A DNA stretch of 44,723 bases from a virus (lineage: Duplodnaviria; Caudoviricetes), in IMG/VR virus record IMGVR_UViG_3300042366_000770, positions 1 to 44,723 of that record, one strand, 5' to 3'. The translations under genes and the position numbers were made by a program. Positions 8,192 through 18,693 of this stretch are shown piece by piece. The notes under the pieces were generated by a model. The model was given only the letters and a program-made list of their open reading frames with translations, did no database searches and was not told the DNA's origin. Numbering within the stretch: position 1 is the stretch's first letter; each line of letters opens with the position of its first letter.

Positions 8192-8215
8192 AATCTATAG
8201 GAGATTTAAAAAACC

Positions 8216-9454
8216 ATGGCTGTTACTAATTTACAGACAACTGGTGTCGTGACCGCGACTGGAACTGGATTAAAACCAGATGCGTATTATGACAAGTTGT
8301 TACTCAAAATGCTTCGTCAACTCAACTTTGAATTTGCAAAGTATGCTGTTGAAAAATCCTTGCCTCGTAACTATGGCGATACCATTAACTGGAGACGCTA
8401 TGTTAAATTATCCCCCACGACTGTCCCTCTAACTGAAGGTGTCACTCCTGAAGGGAAAGAAATTGCAGGTTCGTCAATCACTGCAGTCATCACTCAATAT
8501 GGTGATGTCATGTATCTCTCTGACTTAGTCGAATTAGAACAATTAGACGATGTCAAACGGGAATATGCGATTGAATTAGGTTATCTTGCAAAAGAAACCT
8601 TAGACTTAATCGTTCGTAACGTGCTTGTTGCTGAAGGTTCTGCCTTCTTCGCAGCCTCTCGTGCGGGTTTAGGAACCCTTGCTTCGGGTGACAAACCAGC
8701 CGTTGATGACTTCCGTAAAATCACCATCGCAATGAAGAAAGCTTTCTTAGGTGGAAACCGCAAAGCTGGTGGTAAGTATGTTGCCTTAGTCTCACCTGAA
8801 GTCATGTTTGACTTATTTGATGACCAACGTATGCAAGACTTTATGGACTTTGGACAATCCAATGCTCCATTCGGTGATGGCATGATTGTTGAAATGTTCG
8901 GTATCCGCTTTGTTGAAGTCTTAAATGCTCCAACTGCACAAAATGATACTGTAACTGCCCATGACTCTCTTGTTATCGGTGAAGAAGCCTATGCGATTAC
9001 GAAGCTTGAAGGTGCTGGTTTATCCATCATCACGAAAGGCTTAGGTTCAGCTGGTGTCGAAGACCCTCTCAACCAACGTCAATCTATGGGTTGGAAAATC
9101 AATGGTTTCGGTGCTCGCGTTCTTAACAACGAAGCTGTCGTCAACTATTGGTCAGTTCCTGCCAGTGCTTCCTTAGCTGCTGGTGATTTATTGAAGAAGA
9201 CTGAAGTTGTGACCATTACGTTTGCATTTGCAACGGGTTCAACTGCTGCTAACTTTGAAATCTTAGACGCGACTATCCCAGCCTATAAAGGTGAAGATGG
9301 CTTATCCGTGTTAAACCGTGCTATTGCAGCTGGTTATATCGTAGGATTGCCAACCGCTGGTTTAAAGACCTGGCGTGAAGCTGCGAAGACCAATGACGAC
9401 TCTGCTGTAGAAATCTCTGCTGCGAAGACCGTCTATCTCTCGCACACTGCTTAA
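8216..9454 (+). CDS. Major capsid protein, N4-gp56-like, with C-terminal extension
   Basis: LP.N.G.TI.WRRY, LTEGVTP.G, QYG, DPLNQR..MGWK motifs. Confidence 0.92.
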   Translation: MAVTNLQTTGVVTATGTGLKPDAYYDKLLLKMLRQLNFEFAKYAVEKSLPRNYGDTINWRRYVKLSPTTVPLTEGVTPEGKEIAGSSITAVITQYGDVMYLSDLVELEQLDDVKREYAIELGYLAKETLDLIVRNVLVAEGSAFFAASRAGLGTLASGDKPAVDDFRKITIAMKKAFLGGNRKAGGKYVALVSPEVMFDLFDDQRMQDFMDFGQSNAPFGDGMIVEMFGIRFVEVLNAPTAQNDTVTAHDSLVIGEEAYAITKLEGAGLSIITKGLGSAGVEDPLNQRQSMGWKINGFGARVLNNEAVVNYWSVPASASLAAGDLLKKTEVVTITFAFATGSTAANFEILDATIPAYKGEDGLSVLNRAIAAGYIVGLPTAGLKTWREAAKTNDDSAVEISAAKTVYLSHTA

Positions 9455-9482
9455 TAGCAACTAATTAAAGGGAGGGCATACA

Positions 9483-9809
9483 ATGCCAACTGAAAAAAAT
9501 ATCAATACTAGTGCCAAACTTCGTGAAGGTCAAGTGACGAAACCTGAACAAAAACTTAAAAAGGAATTGGAAACCGCGTCGGTAACGACCGGTTCCAAAT
9601 TAGTGGAAATCTATATTCCTGAAGTTTACAAGGCAGCGTTTGGAAATCCAATGCAATTTAGTGTCAACGGTGTTCGTGTAGAAATTCCGATTGCACAAAA
9701 AATTAAAGTTCCAGAAATCCACGCAATGCACGCTCAACGTTTGATGAAGAGTGCAGTCCTAAATAAAACACAAAAGCGTCCAAGTCCAGAAGAAGTTTAT
9801 AAAGACTAG
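9483..9809 (+). CDS. Hypothetical head-associated protein
   Basis: GGGAGG RBS; follows the MCP; terminator downstream. Confidence 0.7.
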   Translation: MPTEKNINTSAKLREGQVTKPEQKLKKELETASVTTGSKLVEIYIPEVYKAAFGNPMQFSVNGVRVEIPIAQKIKVPEIHAMHAQRLMKSAVLNKTQKRPSPEEVYKD

Positions 9810-9817
9810 TAATTCCT

Positions 9818-9840
9818 GCCCCCTCTTCGGAGGGGGTTTG
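9818..9840 (+). terminator. Probable terminator/attenuator hairpin
   Basis: GCCCCCTC-TTCG-GAGGGGGT followed by only a short T tract. Confidence 0.65.
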
Positions 9841-9893
9841 GTTATGACCGAATAGAGGTAAATGACTCAAAGAGGTCACCATAGGAGACATAG

Positions 9894-10619
9894 ATGAATA
9901 TTTACGACTTAACCCAATATGTCAACCAAGATGTCGATGATACTTTTGAAGTACAAGATATTGTTAGATGGTTTAACAAAGCAATCGCAAGTTACAACCT
10001 TGTTTCACCTGTTACGACCTATCCAATGGCTTTTTTAAACGATATTCCTCCTTACACAGATTGGACTGGTGAAGGTCAATATCCGAGCCATTCAACGGTA
10101 AGTTATCCTTTAGACGACACCTTTATGTTAGGTGTTATTTTACCCTTTATCTCAGCTTCTGTTAGAGGACAAGAGTCTTCTGTTGGTGAAAAGCAATTAT
10201 TCATGCAAGAGTTTATGATGAACGCTCGCTTATTTAAAAATGCAAGCAACGTTCCTTTTAACTATTTAAAAATTAAAACAGCAAGAGATTTAGAAAAGTA
10301 TCAAATGGGCGAAAATGTTTATGTCTCAGATATGAGCATCTCACCTTGGGCAGGCGACTGGTCTCACAATACAACCAGTATTCCTGAGTTTAAAGAAGCT
10401 ATGGTTGCTGAATTCTATGCAGGTACAAGTCAAGCAGGAATTACCATTACCACAGCAAGAATAAACTTTACGTCAGGAAGCACGCTTAGTCAAATTGCTG
10501 CAAGTGCAGGTATCAGTGGCACAGATGGTAAGTTCTACTCAGATACGACAGTTTTATTTGAAATTGATGGAAACACTACCTTAACAAGTTCTATTATCGT
10601 TTATTTAAAGGCGGACTAA
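9894..10619 (+). CDS. Head-tail adaptor-like protein with small C-terminal beta domain
   Basis: Position; helical N-terminus (IVRWFNKAI) typical of adaptors; AGGAG RBS. Confidence 0.6.
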   Translation: MNIYDLTQYVNQDVDDTFEVQDIVRWFNKAIASYNLVSPVTTYPMAFLNDIPPYTDWTGEGQYPSHSTVSYPLDDTFMLGVILPFISASVRGQESSVGEKQLFMQEFMMNARLFKNASNVPFNYLKIKTARDLEKYQMGENVYVSDMSISPWAGDWSHNTTSIPEFKEAMVAEFYAGTSQAGITITTARINFTSGSTLSQIAASAGISGTDGKFYSDTTVLFEIDGNTTLTSSIIVYLKAD

Positions 10620-10622
10620 TAA

Positions 10623-13600
10623 ATGTCAAGATTTGTTTACGATGTAGATAAAATTACACGTTACATTGATATCCATAAGCAATTTGGCGGTGGTTTAAAG
10701 ACCGTTGATACGGATGACTCCTTACGGGATATTTATTTGCGTGAAGCAGAGAATATTTCTTTAAGTGAATTTAACTTTATTGAAAAACGTTATGGACTTC
10801 ATAAACTTGAAGAACATATGCCTTGGAGTAGTTTAACGAGTGTTAGCTCAATCGTTCAAGGTTATTTTGAGTATTACGTTGATGCGGATACTGTTGATAA
10901 AATTATTGTCATCGAAGGTAAGTTTTATGTTAATAGAGACGGTAATGGTTTTGAAGAAGTTGAATTCTTTACAAGACCCGCAGGCACTCCGTTTTTTGAC
11001 CTTGCTCCTTTAGGTATTTATACTGATGATGTCGTTAATGAAATTACTACAGGAAGTGTTTTTGGAACACAAGTTCCAAGATTTGCAGAAAATCACGCAT
11101 CTTTACCAACTACATCACCTTTTGGTGGGGCAACTTCATATGTGATTTATGCTTTTAGCAATGATACTTATTACGCTTGGGTTCCCAGTACTTCAAGTTA
11201 TACTACAATCGGTACTTCAGCAACAGATAGTTATCCTGGTGCAGGTTTTGTTCAAGGTGAGTTTTATCACGATACAAGACGAAATGTAAGCTATAAATGG
11301 ACAGCAACAAGTGGTAAAACTGGTATAATGGAAGTAAATGAAAACATTTATCGTGCAGATATTCAAACCACACGTCCAGTAGAAGGTGTTCGTGTTGACG
11401 ACAAGCTTTATATTGCTACAGGCACATATCCAGTTTACTATATGGGAGACGGTAAGATTTATGTTTTCCCACAATATGAACACTCAGATTTAGATGTTCA
11501 AAATCTTGGTTATAACTTAAACAGTCTTGACTTAGAAGCAGATTTTGCAACACCAGCATTTACAGCAACCTCTTCTCAAGGCACTACGCTTAACTCTGAG
11601 ACCGTTGCGATTGACAGTGTCACAATTAAAGATAGTCAAATATCTAAACGTTTTCCTTTTGTTGCTGAAACAATTCCAACAGAAATTAAAGTTGCAACCC
11701 ATCTTTACAACAACGCTTCTTCAAACCGTTGGGGTGGGACTGGAACTGACGTTACTGTAGATAGTAATCTTTTCGATAGTCAAATGACAGCAGCCGAATT
11801 AGATGCTTGGTTAGGAACACCAACAGTAGGTGTAGATTTAAACACAATTTATGGACAAATTACAGAAGACCAAACTCCAGAAACTTTTGGAGCACCTGTA
11901 TTTACGAATAGACGCTATCGTACAGTTTTAAAACCAACTATTTATATTAAACCAGCAGGTGCATTACCAAGTCTATATGAAGAAATAACGAGTGTAGGTA
12001 ATCTTGAATTAAATAACGATGTTCAAAGTAATTCATCAAATCGTTTACCAAACTCTTCTATTGCTTTAAGTAATTTTGTATTTCAACTAAAAGAACTTGC
12101 TACAGGGTATTGGGACTTTAAAATTGAATTTAAATTAACCCAAACTGGATATTTTTATCCCGGTGAATTAGCAACCCAAACCAACCTTACAACCGAATAT
12201 AATGTAGTAAGAACTAAAACTTTAGATGTTAAGGTTGTTGAGTTTACTAACATTTGGGTCACTCCTGAAGAATTAGTCGACTATAAAGAAGAACCATACG
12301 ACTCATTAAAGATACACACGTGCAATCGTGTCATTGAACACAATGGTCGATTAGGCTTCTTTGGAAGTACCGTTAATCCAGACTACTTATTCTTTAGTAC
12401 CATCGGTGCAAAAGAATATTTCCCATATCGTTATTCACTTCAATTTACGAACGATTTAAAAGAAGCTATCACAGCCGTTAATCGCTTTATGAATATCTTA
12501 GTTGTACAAAGCGATAGTTTTACATTTGGTATTAAAGGTGATTGCCCATTCCCACTAACTGTTGCAGAAGGTGATATCTATCGCAAGATTATGATTAACC
12601 CAACTATCGGCTGTATTGCTCCTCATAGTGTTAAAAACGTTCGCAATCAATTATACTTCTTGTCAAAAGAAGGCGTTTTTACCCTACGTGCGTTGTACGC
12701 AGAAGACAACCGTTATAACGTAGACCCAATTGACCGTAATATATACAACATTGTTCCAAGAGACACCAATGCAATTTGTGCTTATTTTGATGACCAATAT
12801 TGGTTACATTTCCCGACCACAGGTGAAACGTTACGCTATTACGTCGATAAGAAAGCTTGGGTTAAAGATACATACAGTGCTTGGAATCAATTTGGTGGTA
12901 TTCATAAGTATATTAACGAAAGTGGTAAACTTCGCTTTATTACTGAATTATCTCAGTTTGAAGATGAAGACGACCTTAAGATATTTGATGTTGAGTTAGA
13001 CTACTCTCTACCTTCAGATTTAGGTCAGTTTTTTGAATCAAGAGTAACAACTTCATTTTTAAATCAAAATCAACCTTTTCATCCTAAAAACTATAAAGAA
13101 GCAAAGATGGATTTCACCATTCAAAATGAATACAATATCGGTAAAGAACCTATCTATGGTATAGAAGGAACTTACGGTGAAGGTGGAACATCACCTACAC
13201 AATATATTTTATTTGATGCTAATTTGACTAAAAGACATTTTTATCAGATTACGTTAGATAAAGTTAATGTGCCAACTTCTTCTGACTATGCCGTTTATAT
13301 CAATAATGGCGTAACACCAAGAGCAACAGGAACGTTTACAGAAACCGACCCAGAAAGTCAGTCTTGGTTGCCCATTGAGTTTCAAATCTTAGATACGGAT
13401 ACGATGCCTTGTCAAATTAAAATTGTCAGTGAAGGATTTCCAATCGTAGGTGGGGCGTTAACCACAGTTGACGAAAGTGTAGCCGTACTCAAAGATTCAA
13501 CCTACGATAACTCGATTACCTTCACGAACGTTATACTGTCTGAAGAAGGAACCTTAAATGTAGACCCAATACAAAGTTATTCACAATCTGCAGTTGAGCG

Positions 13601-13802
13601 AGTCATTAACTTAGGGACAAGGTTGGGTAACTGGACGTTTGGAACAAGTGACTTTGGCAATATTATTACAGCAGTCGAAACAATTAAGCTTGCAGGTAAG
13701 GGTTATAATTGTAAAATCAGTATTACCGAAACGGGTAAATCCAAATGGACTTTAGAGTCGCTAGGGATTACCTATAAAATGAAAAAAGCGAGGTCCAGAT
13801 AA
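10623..13802 (+). CDS. Tail nozzle / DNA-stabilisation protein (beta-propeller type)
   Basis: 1059 aa; FGGGL N-terminus, IGCIAP.S....NQLYFLSKEGVF motif; position. Confidence 0.7.
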   Translation: MSRFVYDVDKITRYIDIHKQFGGGLKTVDTDDSLRDIYLREAENISLSEFNFIEKRYGLHKLEEHMPWSSLTSVSSIVQGYFEYYVDADTVDKIIVIEGKFYVNRDGNGFEEVEFFTRPAGTPFFDLAPLGIYTDDVVNEITTGSVFGTQVPRFAENHASLPTTSPFGGATSYVIYAFSNDTYYAWVPSTSSYTTIGTSATDSYPGAGFVQGEFYHDTRRNVSYKWTATSGKTGIMEVNENIYRADIQTTRPVEGVRVDDKLYIATGTYPVYYMGDGKIYVFPQYEHSDLDVQNLGYNLNSLDLEADFATPAFTATSSQGTTLNSETVAIDSVTIKDSQISKRFPFVAETIPTEIKVATHLYNNASSNRWGGTGTDVTVDSNLFDSQMTAAELDAWLGTPTVGVDLNTIYGQITEDQTPETFGAPVFTNRRYRTVLKPTIYIKPAGALPSLYEEITSVGNLELNNDVQSNSSNRLPNSSIALSNFVFQLKELATGYWDFKIEFKLTQTGYFYPGELATQTNLTTEYNVVRTKTLDVKVVEFTNIWVTPEELVDYKEEPYDSLKIHTCNRVIEHNGRLGFFGSTVNPDYLFFSTIGAKEYFPYRYSLQFTNDLKEAITAVNRFMNILVVQSDSFTFGIKGDCPFPLTVAEGDIYRKIMINPTIGCIAPHSVKNVRNQLYFLSKEGVFTLRALYAEDNRYNVDPIDRNIYNIVPRDTNAICAYFDDQYWLHFPTTGETLRYYVDKKAWVKDTYSAWNQFGGIHKYINESGKLRFITELSQFEDEDDLKIFDVELDYSLPSDLGQFFESRVTTSFLNQNQPFHPKNYKEAKMDFTIQNEYNIGKEPIYGIEGTYGEGGTSPTQYILFDANLTKRHFYQITLDKVNVPTSSDYAVYINNGVTPRATGTFTETDPESQSWLPIEFQILDTDTMPCQIKIVSEGFPIVGGALTTVDESVAVLKDSTYDNSITFTNVILSEEGTLNVDPIQSYSQSAVERVINLGTRLGNWTFGTSDFGNIITAVETIKLAGKGYNCKISITETGKSKWTLESLGITYKMKKARSR

Positions 13803-16800
13803 TGGCAAAAGTAACAGGATTAAGAACTTGGCGAAACGGTGAAATCATCAATGCACGAGATTATGTTTACGAACGTAACTTAATTTCATCTGCATTAAAT
13901 ACAAATGATGACACGCTTATTGACCACGAAGCAAGAATTACAACCGCAGAAGGGGATATTACGGCTTTAGAAGGTCGTGTAACAACCGCGGAAACGGATA
14001 TTGACAATCTTCAGGAACAAGAACATTTAAAACTTAAATACTATGCAAAAGCACAAGAAAATATTAACAAAGGTGACGTTGTTCAGTTTTATGAAATACA
14101 AGGTGACCATTATTTAGTTAGACGTGCTCGTCAAGAAGACGTTAATGCTAACCCTAAGTTAGTGATGGGTATTGCAGAAACCAACGTTACTACAGGTAAT
14201 TTTTTCTATATTATTGATTTCGGATTTTTAGAAGGTTTAGACACCAAAGGTCAACCTCTCGGTTCATTTGTTTGGTTTGATAGCGAAGGCTCTACTCCAG
14301 GTGCTTGGACAATTACAGAACCAACAGGCAACAAAGCTCGTGTTCTTTTAGCTGCAATCGTTCGTGCAGAAACTTCTGGTCCAGCAAACAACGGTAAATT
14401 CTTAATTCGTGTTACCATTGAACCTTCTATTCAAGATATTCAAGGGTTTTTAATTACTAATTCTCAAGAAGGAGATGTTTTACGTTACGATGCTTCTACA
14501 CAAACTTATCAAAATAGTGCTGATTTAACGACTGCAGAAGCAGATATCAATTCACTTGAAGGTCGTATGACGACTGAAGAAGCGAACGTTGACAATCTAC
14601 AAGGTCGTATGACTACTGCTGAAACCGATATTGATAATGTAGAACAAGATTTAAATTCACACGAAAATAGACAAGACAACCCTCATAATGTTACAAAAAT
14701 TCAAGTTGGTTTAGGTAATGCAGATAATACAAGCGATTTTAACAAACCTATTTCAACGGCAACACAAGCAGCTTTAGATTTAAAAGCTGATATTATTGAT
14801 GGTAAAGTTCCACAAAGCCAATTACCGTCCTATGTTGATGATGTTTTAGAAGTGTATGTTCGAGCAGGTTCTACTGAAGGTTCAAGTACTTGGTTAAGTT
14901 TAACAAGTGGCGGTGCGGCTTTAACTCCTGAAGCAGGTAAGATTTATGTAATCATTAGTGCTGGTGATTTTGAAGGTAAAACATATCGTTGGTCGGGTTC
15001 GGCATATTCTCCTGTTGGTGATATTGCATTAGGTACAACCGCTGCGACTGCGTTTCCTGGTGATAGAGGATTAGCACTTGAAACATTAACTAATAATATC
15101 GTTGATGGTGACCAAGCACTTGCGTTAAAAGACCAAATAATCCGTAATAGTGCAACCAATGTTGTTCCTTTGATTGTTAATACTGTTGCTTCTACGACTG
15201 CCAATTTACAAGAATGGAAAATAAATTCAACAACTAAAGCGATTGTCGCAGATGGAATCTTTCGTTCTCAATTTGGTATTTCTAACCTAACAAGCGAAAA
15301 CAATTCTGTAATTTATACATTGGCAAACGGAACTACAATTCAAAATAACTTAAACAATACTAACCCAACACTAACCGTTAATAAGAATCAAGGAACTGGC
15401 AATATCTTGCAAATCCAAAGTGCTGGTGCGAATAAGTTAGAAGTCGATGTCAATGGTTGGTTATACCAAAATGGAACGAGATTATTTACGCAAACAGGTG
15501 GTAATGAAAATACATTCTTTGGTATAGCAAGTGGTGGAACTACAACAAGTGGAAACTTTAACACTTCGGTTGGTAGAAACTCATTAAATGCTTTAACAAC
15601 TGGAACTTCAAATACTGCTATCGGTAGAGAATCTTTAAGTGTTTTAACAACTGGTTCTAACAATTCTTCTTTAGGCATTAACGCTGGTAGAACAATTACA
15701 ACTGGTGATACAAATACTTTTATTGGTAGTGGTAGTGGATTTAACGCTTCTCAATTAGCAACTGCTTCTAACTCGACAGCGTTAGGTAATGGTTCATTCA
15801 CCGACAAGTCTAACCAAATGGTGTTCGGCAATGCAAGTGTCACGGAAATATTACTTGGTCGTGGTTCTGCTAATGTTGGTATTGGAACGACAAATCCATT
15901 AGCAAAACTTGTTGTTTCTACAAATAATGAAAACTTTGAATTTGGCACAGCAAGTGTCACTTATAATGGTGGAATTATTGAATACATAAACCGAACAAGT
16001 TTTTCTACAAGACCTGATATGAACTTCTTTAACTCACAAGGTGCAATTAAGTTCTTTACTGGTGGTGCTAATGAAAGATTGCGTATCGCTAACAACGGTA
16101 ATGTGGGGATTGGGACAACGAGTCCATCACAAACACTTGAAATACAATCCTTAAATCAAGCGATTACAAATAATGGTAATGCTTTAATTAACACAAGTGA
16201 CACACTTGGTGTTGATGTTGGTGGTATGTTGGGTCTTGGTGGTAGATTTGCACCAAGTTCATTTACATCATTTGGAACAATCTCAGGAAGAAAAGATACT
16301 GCAACTGCTGGTGAAAGTGCAGGTTATTTAGCATTTGCAACTCGTGGTGCTTCTGCACTTGCCGAAAGAATGAGAATTACAAGTGCTGGTAATGTTGGGA
16401 TTGGAACGAGTAGTCCTCAAACAAGATTAAATGTTGTGACAACATCAAATACGGACAGTGTTCAAATTAGAAGAAACTCAACAACTGCTGGTGATATTGC
16501 TATGTTAGGTTTGAGAATTGGTGATACAGAAAACAATCTTAACTTTGTTGAATTACAAGGTGCAAGAACTGCTAACGGTGCTGATTTTAGAATATTTACT
16601 CGTTTTAATTCTTTTGCTGATATGACAGAAAAGATGAGAGTGACTGATGTTGGTCTTGTGGGTATCAATGAAACCTCGCCAACGGCTCAATTACAAGTCA
16701 AGAGTGGTGCGACAACTCGTGTTCCACTTATCGTTGATACATTAGCAAGTCATACGGCAGATTTACAATATTGGCGAGTAAATGGTTCTACTTTAACTTG

Positions 16801-17554
16801 GATTACTAACGCTGGTTATTTTGTTTCACCAAGAATACAATCTTCAAGTGGTGGTAATAACTCTGTTATAGAATTAAATCCTACTGGCACAACCATCTCT
16901 CGCAACATTGCCGATACGAATCCTGCACTCATTGTTAATTTAGCGAATGCGAGTGCGACTGGAAACATTCAAGTATGGCAAAAGGCAGGAACGGCACAAG
17001 CGTTTGTTTCAAATAACGGAAGTATTTCTTCTTCTAATAGTTTCTATAATGGTGGTAATGGTGAAGCAAATGGTAGATTAACATTTTATAGTAGTGGTCC
17101 AGAAATAAATAGAAATATAAATGACGCTAATGTTGTCTTAAAGGTAAAACAAGCAAATGTTAGTGCCTCAGGTCGCTTACAAGAATGGATTTATGGAAGC
17201 GATGTAGTTTCAAGTGTTGAAAAAGATGGTATTGCTAACTTTACTGGAACTCCATCAAACGCACAAACGGTTGATTACACATTAGTCCTTGCCGATAAAG
17301 GTAAAGTCGTGCGTATTAACTCAAGTTCTAACTTAACGGTCACGATTCCATTGAACTCAAGTGTGTTATTCCCTATTGATACCGAAATCGCTATCTTACG
17401 CTATGGAACTGGCACGGTGTCTATCTCACCAACAAGTGGTGTCACGCTAAACTCTAAGAATAGCGAACGCAAGATTAGTGGTCAATATGGTAGCGTTGCC
17501 TTAAAGAAGATTGGCACAGATGAATGGGTGTTGGTTGGTTCGTTAGAAGCGTAG
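13802..17554 (+). CDS. Tail fibre / receptor-binding protein
   Basis: LEGR.TTAE heptads, NPHNVT..QVGLGN, repeated GNVGIGT..P, G/T/N/S-rich. Confidence 0.85.
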   Translation: MAKVTGLRTWRNGEIINARDYVYERNLISSALNTNDDTLIDHEARITTAEGDITALEGRVTTAETDIDNLQEQEHLKLKYYAKAQENINKGDVVQFYEIQGDHYLVRRARQEDVNANPKLVMGIAETNVTTGNFFYIIDFGFLEGLDTKGQPLGSFVWFDSEGSTPGAWTITEPTGNKARVLLAAIVRAETSGPANNGKFLIRVTIEPSIQDIQGFLITNSQEGDVLRYDASTQTYQNSADLTTAEADINSLEGRMTTEEANVDNLQGRMTTAETDIDNVEQDLNSHENRQDNPHNVTKIQVGLGNADNTSDFNKPISTATQAALDLKADIIDGKVPQSQLPSYVDDVLEVYVRAGSTEGSSTWLSLTSGGAALTPEAGKIYVIISAGDFEGKTYRWSGSAYSPVGDIALGTTAATAFPGDRGLALETLTNNIVDGDQALALKDQIIRNSATNVVPLIVNTVASTTANLQEWKINSTTKAIVADGIFRSQFGISNLTSENNSVIYTLANGTTIQNNLNNTNPTLTVNKNQGTGNILQIQSAGANKLEVDVNGWLYQNGTRLFTQTGGNENTFFGIASGGTTTSGNFNTSVGRNSLNALTTGTSNTAIGRESLSVLTTGSNNSSLGINAGRTITTGDTNTFIGSGSGFNASQLATASNSTALGNGSFTDKSNQMVFGNASVTEILLGRGSANVGIGTTNPLAKLVVSTNNENFEFGTASVTYNGGIIEYINRTSFSTRPDMNFFNSQGAIKFFTGGANERLRIANNGNVGIGTTSPSQTLEIQSLNQAITNNGNALINTSDTLGVDVGGMLGLGGRFAPSSFTSFGTISGRKDTATAGESAGYLAFATRGASALAERMRITSAGNVGIGTSSPQTRLNVVTTSNTDSVQIRRNSTTAGDIAMLGLRIGDTENNLNFVELQGARTANGADFRIFTRFNSFADMTEKMRVTDVGLVGINETSPTAQLQVKSGATTRVPLIVDTLASHTADLQYWRVNGSTLTWITNAGYFVSPRIQSSSGGNNSVIELNPTGTTISRNIADTNPALIVNLANASATGNIQVWQKAGTAQAFVSNNGSISSSNSFYNGGNGEANGRLTFYSSGPEINRNINDANVVLKVKQANVSASGRLQEWIYGSDVVSSVEKDGIANFTGTPSNAQTVDYTLVLADKGKVVRINSSSNLTVTIPLNSSVLFPIDTEIAILRYGTGTVSISPTSGVTLNSKNSERKISGQYGSVALKKIGTDEWVLVGSLEA

Positions 17555-17561
17555 GTGTAAA

Positions 17562-18068
17562 ATGAAAACCTTATTTACACAATTTGGTTCTGCTTCACCA
17601 ATTACCTTAAAACTATATACAAGTGGCACGGAAGATGTTTCGTGGGTAAAAGGTATTGATTCACAAGTCGGTAGTAGTATCGGTGCAAGTGTCAATACTT
17701 ATACGGAGGGTGGTTCTTATATAACACTTGCCGTATATACCGAACCTACTGGGTTTGTCACAAGCAATTTAGCAACGGTCACTAACGCTACGGTTGATAT
17801 TACAGGTTATAAGCGTGTCTATGTAGATTGGGAAGCGATTAAAGAGGGTGTCTATGCTTTAATTGTTGATGGAACAAAGTTAGGCGATATTGATGACTTT
17901 GAAGCAAAAGCAACTTATGGGGCTGGAACTACTCGTAAGATAACAGCACTTGCTATTAACGCTTTAACAGGTTCTAAGTATATTAGAATCAATAGTCGTG
18001 CAGTTACGATTGCACCTGATATTGATGATTATGAAATACGGATTCATAGGGTATGGTTAGAAAAATGA
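17562..18068 (+). CDS. Tail-associated beta-rich protein
   Basis: Follows the fibre; AGGTG RBS. Confidence 0.65.
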   Translation: MKTLFTQFGSASPITLKLYTSGTEDVSWVKGIDSQVGSSIGASVNTYTEGGSYITLAVYTEPTGFVTSNLATVTNATVDITGYKRVYVDWEAIKEGVYALIVDGTKLGDIDDFEAKATYGAGTTRKITALAINALTGSKYIRINSRAVTIAPDIDDYEIRIHRVWLEK

Positions 18069-18238
18069 AAATATATACCGATGGCACATTTAAGATTATT
18101 GCGATTGATGTTGAACCACAACATTATGTCTATGCTTATGAATTAGAACAATCACCATTTCCACAATCTTGGTCTATGGAAAAGATATTAACTTACCATT
18201 ACCTTGAGGTTGATGGCGAAGTGAAGATATACCCATAA
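18065..18238 (+). CDS. Small hypothetical protein (possible fibre chaperone)
   Basis: ATGA overlap with the upstream stop. Confidence 0.6.
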   Translation: MKIYTDGTFKIIAIDVEPQHYVYAYELEQSPFPQSWSMEKILTYHYLEVDGEVKIYP

Positions 18239-18248
18239 GGAGGAATAA

Positions 18249-18530
18249 ATGAAAGACTATCATTCAATATTTAAAAGAGTGGGGGTAAGTGGGTTTAATC
18301 AACCTAAGAAGACCCCCAGCCACCCAACGAAGTCTCACGTTGTGGTAGTTAAAGTTGGAGACAGTACCAAAACCATCAGGTTTGGTCAACAAGGCGTAAG
18401 CGGGGCTGGTGATAACCCTAAAACACCAAAGGACAAAGCTCGTCAAAAGTCGTTTAAAGCCCGGCACGGTTCTAACATCGCTAAAGGCAAAACATCTGCG
18501 GCTTACTGGGCTGACAAGGTAAAATGGTAA
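18249..18530 (+). CDS. Basic conserved phage protein
   Basis: AAGGAGG RBS; K.IRFGQQG...SFKARH...SAAYWA.K.KW motif recalled from aquatic phages. Confidence 0.8.
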   Translation: MKDYHSIFKRVGVSGFNQPKKTPSHPTKSHVVVVKVGDSTKTIRFGQQGVSGAGDNPKTPKDKARQKSFKARHGSNIAKGKTSAAYWADKVKW

Positions 18531-18691
18531 TGAAAACAGGATTATATGCAAATATACACGCAAAACGTAAACGTATTAAAGCGGGTAGTAAAGAAAAGAT
18601 GCGGAAAGTAGGTGCCAAAGGTGCACCTAAAGCATCAGACTTCATCAAAGCGGCTAAGACTGCAGGTGATTATATGGGGGATAAGAAATAA
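18530..18691 (+). CDS. 53-aa basic conserved phage protein (absent from ORF track)
   Basis: MKTGLYANIHAKRKRIKAGSKEKMRK.G.KGAP; TAATG overlap. Confidence 0.75.
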   Translation: MKTGLYANIHAKRKRIKAGSKEKMRKVGAKGAPKASDFIKAAKTAGDYMGDKK

Positions 18692-18693
18692 CT

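Noticed and set aside
13802-17554. Diversity-generating retroelement target in the tail fibre
   Set aside because: No reverse transcriptase and no near-identical template/variable repeat pair seen.
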